A stretch of DNA of 58,112 nucleotides from NCBI GenBank assembly GCA_030264375.1, contig JASCQW010000032.1:41312306-41370417 (forward strand), in the 5' to 3' direction. Positions within the stretch are counted from its first letter, which is position 1. Every line of letters starts with the position of its first letter. The DNA is from Carcharhinus longimanus. Taxonomy: Eukaryota. A program made the position numbers and the translations under genes. The notes beneath the pieces are model-generated. The model was not told the DNA's origin, did not search any database, and was given only the letters and a program-made list of their open reading frames with translations. Shown in pieces: positions 1 through 13,545 of the stretch.

Positions 1-245
1 GTTTAAAGGAGATGTACAAGGCAGATATTTTACCCAGAGAGTAGTGGGTGCCTGGAACTCGTTGCCGGAGGAGGTAGTGGAAGCGGATACAGTAGTGACT
101 TTAAGGGCTTTCTTGACTAATACATGAATAGGATGGGAATAGAGGGATATGGTCCATGCAAGGGTAGGGAGTTTTAGTTCAGTGAGGCAGCATGATCAGT
201 ACAGGCTTGGAGGGCCGAAGGGCCTGTTCCTGTGCTGTAATGTGC
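1..245 (+). mobile_element. CR1 LINE 3' end
   Basis: End of ORF2 (FKGDVQGRYFTQRVVGAWNSL) and CR1 3' tail GGGCCGAAGGGCCTGTTCCTGTGCTGTA. Confidence 0.85.
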
Positions 246-254
246 TTTTGCTCA

Positions 255-386
255 CCTGTAAGAAACCCACACAGACATAAGGAGAACATGCAAACTCCAC
301 ATAAATCGGGACTCAAGCGGGAATCGAACCTAGGTTGCTGGAGCTGTGAGGCAGCAGTGTTAACCACTGTGCCAACATGCCACCCA
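255..386 (-). mobile_element. V-SINE (HE1-like) 5' part
   Basis: Reverse strand has a tRNA-like head with B-box GGTTCGATTCCC followed by V-domain-like GTGGAGTTTGCATGTTCTCC. Confidence 0.8.
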
Positions 387-1095
387 AAATTACACCTGAT
401 CTCTCATCTTGCTCATCCGTCAAAGCTGTCCGTGTCTTCTCCCTGTCTCTTTGTGTATATTTGAATTTATTTCCCGATTTTGTCCAAGAGGAATAATGCA
501 TTTTAGAAGTCGTGGTCTTGAAATTTGTTAGTGCCAGGGCATAATCCAGGTGGAATGAACGCCTCACAAACTTAATGAGCCCGATGTCTGGTTAAAACCG
601 ATTCAGGATAACCTCACACGCAGCTCTCTGTTGTAAGAGAACAACAAGATTGGCTGTCTCTGATGCTGATTGAGAACTTTAGAAGAATCTGAATGGGGTG
701 GAGGAGGGAATGATAGACGGCAGCAGGCAGTGGTTTTGATGTGAAAATATGAAGGTCACTGCTCCTAAGCAAAAATAATTTAGTTTGCGTTTTGGGTGGT
801 AGTCTCCAAGAATCCATTCAATGGCTTTTGGTGTGGTTGCTTAATTGTTATATGGTAGAATACACCAGAGGTTACGCAGTACATGCTGTGATCATTCACA
901 GTCTAATTTGGCAACAGATCCTGATGCCAGTTCCAATGAGGTCTTTACTGGCTGACTTTAATCAGTGTGGTGGGAAGGAGATTTTTGGCAGGGAGTGAAC
1001 TGTCTACAAGATTTGGTGTAACTCATTAAAATTGTTTGAAATTAATATTAATTTTATTGTTCGCTGAAATCTACGAGTTTGATTTGATTTCATAG

Positions 1096-1224
1096 ATGCC
1101 CTTGGATATGTCCCCACTTGCATTACCAGCAGTTAGGACTAAAGTGGAGGATATGCCGATTGTGGAAACAACTCATCAGAATAGTCCTTTGCCTCACCCA
1201 GAGTCAACCACCAGTGATGAAAAG
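1096..1224 (+). CDS. ATF2: ATF2 internal coding exon (129 nt, phase 0/0)
   Basis: ttcatag|ATG...AAG|gtaata; translates MPLDMSPLALPAVRTKVEDMPIVETTHQNSPLPHPESTTSDEK, matching human ATF2 MPLDLSPLATPIIRSKIEEPSVVETTHQDSPLPHPESTTSDEK as recalled. Confidence 0.95.
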
Positions 1225-2224
1225 GTAATATGTCTACATTATCAAAATGTTTAAGTTGCAGTTTCAAATTGTCTGAAGAAATTGAAAGTTAAATTACAGA
1301 GAGGGAGCTAAAGGGAATATGAGACATGTTTCTCATTACATAAAGTTAAAAACAGTGGAGCTAAATTAATTATTAAAACTGTGTAAAAATGTTAGAAATG
1401 ATTTTGAAATTAAATTGTTACATGAAATGAGTATATTTGTAAAAACGAAACATATAAACTTCCCAAAGATCCCACTGGCACTGTCCTTTGCAGCAACTTA
1501 ATTTCCAGATGTGTCTTTGGAAATTAGAATGTTTCATTAGAAGAACCCACGTGAAAGAAACACTTCAGGATAAAGTTATATACTTAATTACTGACATTAG
1601 TAGTTATAGAACAACCACGTTCTCACCACATGGAAATGTGCCTTTGGAAGGGTTTGTCAGAAGAAATAACTTTGACAGAAACCAGGCTCAGAGGAAATTG
1701 TCATTTAGATTAGTTTGGATAATATTGTTTATATTTATATTAAATCTGATTACCAGTTTGATATTTTGGCAATTGAAGTAGTAGAAACATTTTAGTCATA
1801 ACCAGGACAGTAAACATGTTCAAGACTCTCGACGCTGTCAGTCAGACTGAGTAAAATTTGCCATTAACTGAAGAGCCAAGCAGAAGGAAAGCATTCAGTG
1901 TTTTCAAGGAAGAGAAAAACATCACTCAAAGTTGTCTTGAAAAAGTGTTCCCTACATTTGATTAGAGTGCATGTTAGCATTGTGGAGCGTCTGAATACTA
2001 GATTATCTTACAGTCCCAAATTTAGAAGGATGCATAATAGGTAGCAATTCAGAAGATGAGAGGTAAAACCAATCCCCCTCATGTTGTTTGAGTTCTGGTC
2101 CAGATGGAAGTTCTGTTTATTTGCAAAATAGTGTCCTCCGGGATTAAAATTAAGAAAGTTGAACCAATAATTGCAAGATCATTAATGTGAATGAAAATCA
2201 TCTGTTATAACAAAAGAAAAAAAT

Positions 2225-2365
2225 GTAATAAAATCAGAAGATGTTGGAAATATCAGCAGGTCAGGTAGCATCTGTGGAGAGAGAAATAAAGTTAATGCTT
2301 TGAGTTGATTGCCCTTCATCAACTGGAAAAAGTTTCTGGCTTACTTCAACATGTTTTGTATTTTT
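2225..2365 (-). mobile_element. Penelope-derived terminal fragment with degenerate hammerhead motif
   Basis: CAGCAGGTCAGGTAGCATCTGTGGAGAGAGAAA motif shared with 22830-22888 and, inverted, with 27790-27885. Confidence 0.6.
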
Positions 2366-2949
2366 AAAGATTATATTCAAGATTTTTTTCTATATTTGCA
2401 ACATTTTTTTTAACAGCTAAAACATGTTAGGAAGGTTGACATTTGTAATTCAGCAACATTTTTGTTAATGAATATTTTATCTTCTGATTTAACCGTGAAA
2501 CATACTCCACATCCTGGCCATAGGATGTAGCTAACTTACTTCCAGCCATCTGTCAAAATCGCCCTATAACCAGCTACTTAGTAGTCAAAGAAAGCAGGAA
2601 TAAGAGCAGATTTTTGTTGCTTTCATATTGTGTTTGATTGCCATTTGATATGCCATTGCAGCAGTACATAGAGATCAGGTAATGTTGTTTCGGAGAACTG
2701 AAGCATTAACTTATGTTCTGCTATAATGTTGTACAATAGTAAAGTGACCAAGACTTCATATAATTGAAGGGTGATTGATTTTACTTTTCGTTTACCCATT
2801 GCACACTTCCCTCTGAAAAAGTGCAGTTTCAATTGTTAGCAGATCTAGTGGATCAGTCAGAAGAACTAACCAGAAGATAGGAAGGCACATCATTTCCCTG
2901 TAAGAAAAGTTTACCTTTTTATTGTGATATAAAATATTGCTATTTTGGA

Positions 2950-3760
2950 GGTCCTCTGTAGCGAGGATCATATATGGTCCCCCACCAACAGGACCAAATG
3001 TGATGGCCTCGCTGGTGGGATCAGAAGCTACTGAGGCCCCCCTGGCTGGCACTGCCAGCAGGCATCCTGACACTGCCCACTAGGCACCAGGTAATGCCAA
3101 GGGATGGCCAATAAAGAGAGGGCATGGGACGCGAAGGGGCAAGGCCTAAGTGGAGGCGGTGGGACGGCCGTGCACTCTGCAACTCTGCAATTGGGGATCA
3201 GCCAGGACAGCCATTGACCTAGGGGTGGGGAGTGTGTTTCTTGGGGTGGCAGTTGGCCAGGTGGTATCAGTGTGGTGTTTAGCCGGACCAAAGGCAGTGT
3301 TTGGCTGGGAAGGCTAGCAATGAACAGAGATGCCAGCAATTGGGAGCAAGGGGAGGGAGGGGAGCAACCAATCTCTGTTCTGTGCTCTAGGTGTCAGTGG
3401 CTGACTTTCCCACTCCCCTTCCTGGCATGAATCACACTTGGCCACTCTCTGGCATAAGATTGTGTCTGAGGGCTCACTAAAAAAAGGGCACGATTCTTTC
3501 CCATTTTCATCCTTGTTTGGCACTTGGAATTCCATTGGTAAGATCACTCTCAATCTGTCCATTGGGCAGCACAAAACTTGGTTTCCTGGGATCATGAGAC
3601 CAGCAAGTAATCTTCCCACTGCTATCCTGAATGCTGGATAAAGTGGCCCAAAATATATGAATGATGTTGCCCTTTTGGGTGCAACTTTTCCGGCCTGGTT
3701 TGGAGGTTGGATATTTGAGTTTGTGCGCAACGCGTTTTGTATGATTTTTAAGTTGGTGCC
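2950..3760. repeat. GC-rich non-autonomous DNA-transposon-like (Harbinger/MITE-type) repeat
   Basis: GC-rich block with short GGCACTGCC-like repeats in AT-rich intron; ends unclear. Confidence 0.4.
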
Positions 3761-3884
3761 AGTACGTTTTGCTGTAGTGGGTGCTGATGCCATAACTCTT
3801 ATCTTTATTGTTCCTTTGGTCAATTTAAAGTACTGTCCTCAGACTTCTTTCAGGATTTCTATTTTATCTCTAGTTATACTCAGA

Positions 3885-4330
3885 ATGGTCATAAGACTAT
3901 AAGACATAGGAGCAGGATTAGGCCACTCGGCCCATCGGGTCTACCCAGCCATTCAATCATGGCTACTATTTTTCTCATCCCCCTTCTCCTGCCTTTTCCC
4001 CATAACCCCTGATCCCCTTATTAATCAAGAACCTATCNNNNNNNNNNNNNNNNNNNNNNNNNNNNNNNNNNNNNNNNNNNNNNNNNNNNNNNNNNNNNNN
4101 NNNNNNNNNNNNNNNNNNNNNNNNNGAAATTCCTCCTCATCTCTGTTTTAAAGGATCGTCCCTTTAGTCTGAGGTTGTGCCCTCTGGTTCTAGTTTTTCC
4201 TATTAATGGAAACAACCTCTCCACATCCACTCTATTCAGACCTCGCAGTATCCTGTAAGTTTCAATAAAATCTCACTCGTCCTCCTAAACTGTGAGTACA
4301 GACCCAGTGTCCTCAACCGTTCCTCTAACC
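3885..4330 (-). mobile_element. CR1 LINE 3' fragment (contains gap)
   Basis: Minus ORF DVERLFPLIGKTRTRGHNLRLKGRSFKTEMRRNF; (CATAAGA)-type tail. Confidence 0.9.
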
Positions 4331-4444
4331 AAATAAAGCTGTGAATCTGGAGAAAAATTTCCAAAGCAGTTTGCCTGTGCTGAAATTTGAAAAGTTTTGC
4401 AGGGTGCTGGATGTAGATAGAAATATTTGCCATGTTAGATGTCT

Positions 4445-4495
4445 CACCACCACCACCACCACCACCAACCACCACCACCAACCCCCGCCCCCCCC
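4445..4495. repeat. (CAC)n microsatellite followed by a C-run
   Basis: caccaccaccaccaccaccaccaaccaccaccacc. Confidence 0.85.
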
Positions 4496-7049
4496 AAGAT
4501 ATCTGGGAACTGGCTTATACTACTGAAAATCTTTCAGTTTGCTGCATTGGGAAGAGGGTTGGTAGCTGTTAGGATTTACAAGGCAATCCAGACTTTAAGA
4601 ATTGTACTGACAGTAAGGTGCTTTTAGCCCTCTATTTATCTCTACTGAGGGTGTGTGAATGTACAGAAGGGTGAGAGTTGGTCAAGACTACTTTTCGCAG
4701 CTGCAGATTTTGCCAGAAGTTGCTGGGAACAAAGCCACAAACACTTGGATTTCAGTTATCCCATAACAGTATTTACAAATTGAGAGTTGAGTTTTCTTCT
4801 TTTCGATGCTGGTGACTCCAGACAGTTTAGACTACCTTTTTCCACTATCTCCAGATGTGATTATTTATGTTAACTAATTATTTTTATTTTAATTAATCTT
4901 TATTTAGCTAGATAAGTCAATTGAGAACATTTACAATGACAGCCTGGCCAAGAGGCTAATGCTGCAGCAACAGAAATTATACAACACTATAATTCATTTA
5001 AACACAGAACAATAACATACAAATTAGCAGAAGAGAATTGAGTTCAGCATGTATAATTATCAGTCAACAGAGCCATAATCTTTCAGCAAAAGGCATTTGT
5101 GATTTTAAAAAAAAGTTAGCTTCAGCTTTACTTCGTTATTGGTCTGGAGGCACCATCTCAAATAGGTAGAGAAGGCAGAAGCAAACATTCACCTGTACTA
5201 TGTTCATCCTAATCTTTTATTTTTGTGATTTAAAAATATCCCCCTTCCCCTAAATTTCCTATTTTTACACAGCACTATATCGACTCGTTCTGAAAAACTG
5301 TTCCAGGGGAGTTTGAAAGACCATGAACTTTTTCCTTAAAACATCTTTCTGTTATTGCCCCTGGCTTTATCATGACCGTAGCCCATAAGTCTATTAAAGT
5401 ATTCTGTTTATCTGAGTGCTGTTGTGAGGCAGGCTTAATCAGATGGACATGTTGACAATATAATGGTACTCTAGTAAAACAGTTCTGGCAACATTTGGCT
5501 TTTGATTTTATGGTTTTGTAGCATTTTCACCTTAAAATATTTCCTTGCTATTATTTCAATTAAAGATCAAAAAATTCTGGAAATAGATTGCAAGCTTGGC
5601 AATTCCTGAAAATAAAAAGTTGGTGTTTCATCCTTTGACATTATTTCAGTGGCACTGCAATGTTTTCAATGTTTTCATTCATTTACTTGTTTTCTTTTTA
5701 TCTTCCTGCCTTTTCCTTTTGAATATATTATGCTTTTAACTCAGTTTTCATTATTCCAAAACACAAGAAGCCATACTAGTGCTGATCCAGGAAGCAGCCG
5801 ACTCATTCTATGCTTAATATGTCTGAGAAGCACAATCGAGGCTAAACTCATTTATGCCTGAAAGACAAAGGGCATTACTGTTTTAAAGGGACAGAACTAT
5901 GTGCTGCTATAAGCATGAAATGTTTGAGTGGAGAGAGTTTCCCTGAATATTGATAGCAATCTGTAGCATGGGAGTTTATGTCAATCAGTTTAACCAGCAA
6001 TACTTGTGTCTCGCACGCTTACTGGAAAGAATTTCTGAACTTGTGTGGTAAGGGTTCAATCTGTGTTATGGGGAAAATACAATGAAATGTAAAAATTGGA
6101 GAAACACAGCTAGCAGATTCCAGGATAGTGAGAGAGCAAAAATAGACACGTAGTAAACATGGAGATAAGAGAGTAGCAGAAATTGCATTCCTGAAGGCTC
6201 ACCTTTAATAATTTGCTTTCCTCAAGAGGTTTGAATAAACTTGGAAAGATTTATGACAAAACGGAAATGCTTAATGCCTTAAACAGGCAGGTTTTGCAGA
6301 TAGAATAGATGTTTAATTCCATCTTTTTTATGGTTTGTATTGCACCAATAGAAAATAGTGAAAAACTGTGAAATAAAAAAATTTTAAAAATCAGAATTGT
6401 AATTTTATCCTTCACTGAAATCATACAATTGGTGTCATTAGAATTGGCAACCATAAGCACAAATATTGATTACTCCCAAGTTGTCCATAGGTTGTCCTGC
6501 TGTGTCGAAGTGCAAATTGTTGTATTCTTCTGATTCAAAGCACATTACCCAACTCTGATTTGAAGATGATTACTAACTCTCGATTGATTGAAAACTTTGC
6601 AGACAAAATATCTTCAAAGGGATCAAAAGGAATATACAGGAAGATACAAAGTGCACAAATAAATGAACAAAAATTCAAAATTGGCGAACTGTATATTTCT
6701 GCTGAAAGAATGTTAATTCTGTACTAACTTATTTTATTTTCAGAAGTTTCCAAGCTTGCCATGCATTTCCAGGATTCTCTGATTTTTAATTGTCGCAATA
6801 TGAAGGAAATATTTTTTGAGATGAAAATCCTATAAAACCATAAAATAAGTTCTAATGTTCCTTGTATAAGAAGTTGAGTACAGCATCAATGTTCCTGATG
6901 CTACTCATAATCATGTAGGTAATTCAGATGATGGACTCTGAGCTTGGCGTCCTTATTGATGAAAGGTGGTTGGGTAAGGGGATTGAACTATTTACTCACT
7001 TGGTTATCTATACACTGAAGTGACAAAGCAGTCTGACCTGGATACTTAA

Positions 7050-7445
7050 TTCATTCCTAGGATGAAGGGCTTATCTAATGAAGAGCAACTGAATTCTTTG
7101 GAGTTTAGAAGAATGAGGAGTGATCTTATTGAAACATATAAGATACAAAGGGGATTTGATAGGGTAGATGCCAGAGAACATTTCCCTTGTAGGGGAGCTA
7201 GAACTAAAGGTCACAATCTAAGAATAAGCGGTCCCCTCTTTAGAATGGCAATGATATTTTTTCTTTCGGAGAGCGTTAGCCTAGAATTCTCCAAGCAGTG
7301 GAAGCTAGCTCATTCAATTTATTTAAGGCTAACAGACGAGGGAATCTAGGGTTATGGGGGGCAGACTGAACGGTGGATTAGAGCTCACAACCAGGTTTGA
7401 AAGACCAGCTTACTCCAGCTCTTCAGTCCTCTGTTCCTATTTTCA
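7050..7445 (+). mobile_element. CR1 LINE 3' fragment
   Basis: ORF MKGLSNEEQLNSLEFRRMRSDLIETYKI... Confidence 0.85.
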
Positions 7446-7949
7446 TCCTTGAAACAGGAATCATGAATTGGGCCATTTTATAGCATCATGATTCTGCCTG
7501 TTGCCTGGCAGTGGTCACCCATGAGCTGAAGTTGGGGCTACTGTCTACCAAACAAGCCTGAGGTAGGCAGATGCTGAAGCCAAAAGATTAGAAGATCCAC
7601 CTGTAATATCTAGGACATTAGCCAGGTTCTGTAAATGAGTGTCCAAGTCTTCATGCCTCTCAGCACACCCCCCAACAAACCCTCTCCATATCCCCTAATA
7701 TTTCCCATGTCCCCTCCTCATATCTCCAATGTCCCCAGGTGTGAAGTCTGTTCAGTATTTTCAAAGGTGCAATGGATGTCTGAATTTAATGTAAAAATCA
7801 AAGATCAGATGACTCAATATCTGATTCTCAGTATTGTTGAATACTGTTTTATTTGGATAAGTATTATATTGCATCTGGTCAATTTAATATATTTTAAAGG
7901 ATAGAGCCCAATAAGCATTAAAAATCACTCATCCTTACAATATCTATTA

Positions 7950-8380
7950 TGACAAAGGACAAAGAACAAAATCAGCCCGGGAAACAGGCCCTTCGGCCCA
8001 ACGAGTCCCCGCCGCCATCTCAACACCACCAGTCCACCTCTCTACCCACGACCCCTGTCTAATGTTTTATGGCCATCCAGATTGAGNNNNNNNNNNNNNN
8101 NNNNNNNNNNNNNNNNNNNNNNNNNNNNNNNNNNNNNNNNNNNNNNNNNNNNNNNNNNNNNNNNNNNNNNNNNNNNNNNNNNNNNNCCAGAGTCTCCACG
8201 TCCTTCCGGTAGTAAGGCGACCAGAACTGGACGCAGTACTCTAAATGCGGCCTAACCAACGTTTTGTACAACTGCAACATTAGACTCCAGCTCTTATATT
8301 CTATACCCCTTCCTATAAAGGCTAACGTACCTTAGGCTTTCTTCACCACATTCTCCACTTGCACTGCCACCTTCAAAAAC
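7950..8380 (-). mobile_element. CR1 LINE 3' fragment (contains gap)
   Basis: Minus ORF MLQLYKTLVRPHLEYCVQFWSPYYRKDVETL. Confidence 0.9.
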
Positions 8381-8566
8381 TTGATATTTGAAGTTGTCAA
8401 GACTTTTAAACTAAACGATCAAAAGGTTCCTGATTCCAAACTAGGCAACTCCCCCATGCTACACAACTCCTCTGAAATGCTGTGAATTATGATTCCTAAC
8501 AAAATGGACCCAATTCCATGAAAATATTGTGGATACTACAATGCATCTCCCTGTGATAGAGTACAC

Positions 8567-8692
8567 AAGGGCAGGATTTCTGCATGCCAGGCTATCATAT
8601 GCTGAGAATGGAGGGCAGGACATTTCACCCACCATTTTGAAAATCCTCCTCACTTTCATTTCCACACAGATGAAGCCATTAAAATCTGGCCT
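8567..8692. mobile_element. Short Harbinger-type MITE
   Basis: Imperfect TIRs GGGCAGGATTT ... AAATCTGGCCT. Confidence 0.5.
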
Positions 8693-10129
8693 TTAGTCTG
8701 GATGCAATGAAAGTCGCCAAAGCTATGCTTTTCAAAAACAATGTGCAATGTGATTAAGAATGATATGTTATTTATTTATCCATAGTGTTTGTTTAGGCTT
8801 CAAAACATTAAACCATGTTAACCATCTTTCCTTCTCTCGCACTGGCCTTTTATGGTGCCATTTCTATCTGCCCCAGTGTAACCAACGCATCTCCTGACAT
8901 GACATCTATTCCTATGAAAACCATGGCCTCTCCAATTCCTCATTTATGTGCTGCTTCTCAGTGTCATTCACAAACATCTTTCCAGCATCATTTGCAAATC
9001 CAAGACTGTTGCCTGAGTCCAGCTGCATATTTGACATCAAGATATCGATTAAACAACAATTTTTAAACTAAAGATCAATAGGACAAATCCCCCCCTTTTG
9101 GTTCATGCTGGAACCTTGGGACACAGTTGTCCTAAAGTTTTCTAAATGCAGTATAACCCATGCCAAGTGGGTCAGAATGATTCCGATCACAACCGACCCA
9201 CACTTATACTTTTTTTTTTTAAAGAGGTTGGGATGATTTGTGCCATGAAAAAGCTGTATAGGACGCGTGCAAGATCAGCTCCTCAGAGATCAGTGATAAT
9301 GGCATTGAATGTCAAGGTATTCTTTTAAAGAGTGGCCCGATTTCAAAGTAATGCTACAGATCGCAACCACCCACCCCAATTGCCAGGCCCCCTCTAATCA
9401 GCAATATCAAGATGCCAGCTTAACAATGCGCCAGTGGGTTGCTGAATTCTAATCTAAAAACAATCCTACATATTTAAATGAAGTGTCCTGAAGATTATGT
9501 CGCAGGCTGGGGTGAGAGGATCTCAAAATGAGCTCTCCCTGCTGTAAATCATATTATGGGCCCTCTAGGGCATAGTGGGATTTGTGCCTGTGCGAGCCAG
9601 GCTGGAGATTCGCTCCCTTGGCCTTGTTCCTGTTTCCATTTCTCTTCCTGGCTGCACGCTCTTGACAATAACATCATTGTAGCATTAATGTAAGTCTACT
9701 TGTGTCTAATAAATAAACTTACTTACATAAGATTATGCTGAGTTTAAACCTCATGATTTTCACTATGCTATTTGACGCTGATCTCAATTGGTATTTCTTT
9801 ACCAATCTTCATTTGAAAATCAAAAGAGTAACTGAACCATGGGCCCCAGTATTAACCCTGAAGGTGGGTTCCATGAGCAAATTGGAATCTTCAAATTTAG
9901 CTCGGTTATACCAATTAATTTTATTTTCCTTGTTTCATGTCTCAGGCTTTGCAGTGTTTTTTGGTGAATCCACATAATACAATTTCAGCTGTTTTTAAAG
10001 GGACAAATATAACAAAAATGCCCCCCACACACCTTTTCCCCTGTTGGCAGACAACAATCCTTTGACCATTCATTGCGCACACATTCAGTGAGTCCTGCCA
10101 TATATGTATTTTATTAGTCATGAAGCAAG

Positions 10130-10560
10130 TGAGAAGATGATGTTCATGGATGATCACACATGATTCCACAATGTTCAACACCATTCACAACTTCTTAGAT
10201 ATTGAAGCAGTCCATATCCATATGCAGCAAGATCTGGACAATATTCTGGCTTGGAATGATAATTGACAAATAACATTCATGTCACACAAGTTCCAAGCAA
10301 TGACCATCTCTAACAAAAGAGAATTTAACCACCATTCTGTGGCATTACCATTGCTGAATCCCCCTCTATCAACATTCTGGATATTACCATTGACCAGAAT
10401 AGTCAGAAGTACTATGGAATACTCTCCACTTACTTAGATAAGTGCTGCTGTAACAATATTCATGAAGCTGCACCCTGTTGAGGACAATGCAGCATACTGG
10501 ATTGGCATCCAATTTACCACCTTCAACATTTTCCTCTTCTAGAGCCAATTAAAAACAAAT
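10130..10560 (+). mobile_element. Decayed fragment of the CR1/L2-supergroup LINE seen at 23600-25990
   Basis: Aligns by eye with 24470-24720 (acaatgttcaacaccattc..., caatgaccatc..., ttaccattgaccagaa). Confidence 0.75.
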
Positions 10561-11789
10561 TTAAAATGCTTCATTGATGTTAGTTGGGCCAGTAAGTACC
10601 CACTCGCATTCAATTCTTATCGCCCATCCACTCCCAACCCACTTGTGTTTAGGATTAAAATTTCCCTAGTGGTGGGGAGAGAAATTGAACTATATAGAAA
10701 TGTGGACAGCTGAATAAAGAAGACAGTAGATACTCAAAGGAAAACTGGAAAGAGACTGTTTAGCTATACTGTGAAATTCTCTAGACTGTAATTCACTCTC
10801 CCCTGAAAAATATCCCAGGTGTTAGGGGCACATAGAACCCTACATTATGGATAAGTTGCACTCGACTAAATCTTTCAGGAAACATTTGTAGAAGTATGCA
10901 TTTGAACTAGAAACAAATTTTAAAACTAATGTAAATATTTTCATAACACTGTAGAAATAGAATAATGGCTTAGAAATTGTTGGAGCAACTCATCTCATGG
11001 CGAGGGCTGTGAATTACTTCACCCTTAAGATCAAAATTTTTTGACACAAGTTGCTGGAAATGTCAATTGATGGTAGCACAGCAACATCTGTGAGGCACCT
11101 AGGCCCTTGTGAAAGTCTGGGCCGATAGTCTATCTTCCTTAAATTTTAGGACAGAAAAATAAGTAAAATAATGGACAGGACAGAAAATAGGGTGATTTAG
11201 AAGCAAAATAGATGCAGAAAATAAATTGAATGAGAACGATTGGAATAAGAGAGACAGTGAAAATATGAAGAGAAAAACTGAGAAAATATTAAATTTATAA
11301 AACCTCTAGGAACAATTTACTACTTGCAAGAGTGATATTCAGCAGTTTCAGTTGTTCCCTTTCTGGACCTCCAAGATTGATTGTAATGTCAGGATCATAA
11401 ATCACATCATTAACAAGGCCCTTACAACATGAAATACTAGTCCTAATTGACTGTGGTGAGAGTCATTTGTATTTATGGTGCAAAACAGTAATTTGTTAAC
11501 AATCACAAGGAGGTGGACGGCAAGTTCCTGTTTTTTGCAAGGCTAATTGGAGACTGACAAAATCATCCAGCTATTTGTGGCGATTCACATTTCATGGCAC
11601 ATCTCTTCCTCTCCACAAATTGCTGGGTTTTATATACTAATAATAGGAGGCTTTTCCGTGAACTCAATGTTATTTTTCCAGCAATTTCTGAGCCAATAGA
11701 TTGTGCTGTGTGAAATACCAAAAATATTTACCTTTTGCTCTGCTAGTTATAATTCTGTTGCTTGCAGCTTATACGATTGAATCATTATC

Positions 11790-11917
11790 GGTGGGATTTT
11801 ACGACCTTGCTTATCCTGAAACTGTAAAATCGTGCCTGAGGCCAATGGACCATCCCATGCTCCACCCCTCACCATCTCCCATTCCTATTGCAAGTGGACC
11901 AGCAAAATTTTGGGCCT
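11790..11917 (-). mobile_element. ~130 bp MITE, inverted copy of the family at 52896-53022
   Basis: GGTGGGATTTTAC...GTAAAATCGTGCC internal hairpin and terminal AAAATTTTGGGCC. Confidence 0.7.
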
Positions 11918-12799
11918 ATATCTTTATTCAATACATCGTGTCTATATATTAGAACAAAAGTATCAGTAAAAAGTTAACTGGCTGTTCTCATGCGTTCTGC
12001 TCAATTGTTCATTTCTTCAAATATCTTTTCATTCTTCCTTGAAGTTTTTCCACACTGTTTTCACTGTATCTTTGGGCAGCACATTCCACGCATTTCATGC
12101 TGTTTGCACTAAAATGTTGCATCTCAACTTTCTTTGCACCTTCCTCCTTCTAACTTAAGCCCATATACTTGGTTTCAAAGTGTACGATAATCTCAAAAAA
12201 TGGAATTCAATTTACTTGTTCCTTTCAGAATCTTGAATGCTTAAATGATAAGCTTTCTTTCCAGAATAATCAACCTCCTTTCATAGTTCAGATGCCTTAA
12301 TTCACAAACCACTTTGGTTACCCTTTTTGACACTGTCACTGATGCATGGATTTCCTTGTAGTAATGTGACAACAAGAATTGTACTTGTGTGTACCAAGTG
12401 TGAGTATACAATGACTTTTATAGACTATATTACTTTCTAGGATTTGTGTTCCATCCTCTTGGCTGTTACACATTGCAGTGTTTGTTTCATTGAGCTATTT
12501 ATCGACATCTAAGGTCACATTTTGCATTGTGCCCTTTGGCCTATCCATTTGATTTATGTGACCATTGTTTATTTTCCTTTCCTAGTCTCATTACCTTATA
12601 TTTTTCCAACTTTAATGTCTTGGGGTACTCATGACCCTGCCTTCCAATGCTGTTTCTTCCCCTTGCATTTGTTTTTTCTTGCTCATTCTCTTTCTTCATT
12701 ACCATCCTCTGGTGTCTGAAGGTTGCTATCATGGCTTTCCACTCTATCTCTAGCTGTTATTATACTACAAAGGAGCAAGTAGTAGAATACACCAAGAAC

Positions 12800-13545
12800 G
12801 TCCAATGGGATGAAGGAGTACAATATCAAGGATAGGACTCTTAGCAGTGTTGAGGAACAGAAGGACCTTGGGGCCGGGGTCCGGGTCCAGAGGACTCTTA
12901 AATCAGCCTCGCAGGTGGAGGATGTGGTCAAGAAGGCGTATGGTGTGCTAGCCTTCATTAATCAAGGGATTGAGTTTAGGAGTCGGGAGGTAATGCTGCA
13001 ACTTTATAAGACCCTNNNNNNNNNNNNNNNNNNNNNNNNNNNNNNNNNNNNNNNNNNNNNNNNNNNNNNNNNNNNNNNNNNNNNNNNNNNNNNNNNNNNN
13101 NNNNNNNNNNNNNNNNNNNNNNNNNNNNNNNNNNNNNNNNNNNNNNNNNNNNNNNNNNNNNNNNNNNNNNNNNNNNNNNNNNNNNNNNNNNNNNNNNNNN
13201 NNNNNNNNNNNNNNNNNNNNNNNNNNNNNNNNNNNNNNNNNNNNNNNNNNNNNNNNNNNNNNNNNNNNNNNNNNNNNNNNNNNNNNNNNNNNNNNNNNCT
13301 GGGGAGCAGGTACAGAGGAGATGTCAGGGGTAAGTTTTTCACTCAGAGGGTGGTGAGTGAGTGGAATCGGCTGCCCCTTGAGTGGTGGTAGAGGCGAACT
13401 TGTTGGGGTCTTTTAAGAGACTTCTGGATGAGTTCATGGGATTTAATGGGATTGAGAGTTATAGATAGGCCTGTTAGGTATGGATACGATCGCCACAACT
13501 TGTGGGCCGAAGTGCCTGTTTGTGCTGTAATGTTCTATGTTCTAA
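12800..13545 (+). mobile_element. CR1 LINE 3' fragment (contains gap)
   Basis: ORF ...VEEQKDLG...VKKAYGVLAFINQGIEFRSREVMLQLYKT...FFTQRVVSEWNRL; TTCTATGTTCTA tail. Confidence 0.9.

Noticed and set aside
3314-3823. 169-aa minus-strand ORF
   Set aside because: Lies in a GC-rich MITE-like repeat; no domain recognised
4439-4627. Poly-His/Pro ORF (MSHHHHHHHQPPPP)
   Set aside because: Product of a (CAC)n microsatellite and C-run; no other coding signal
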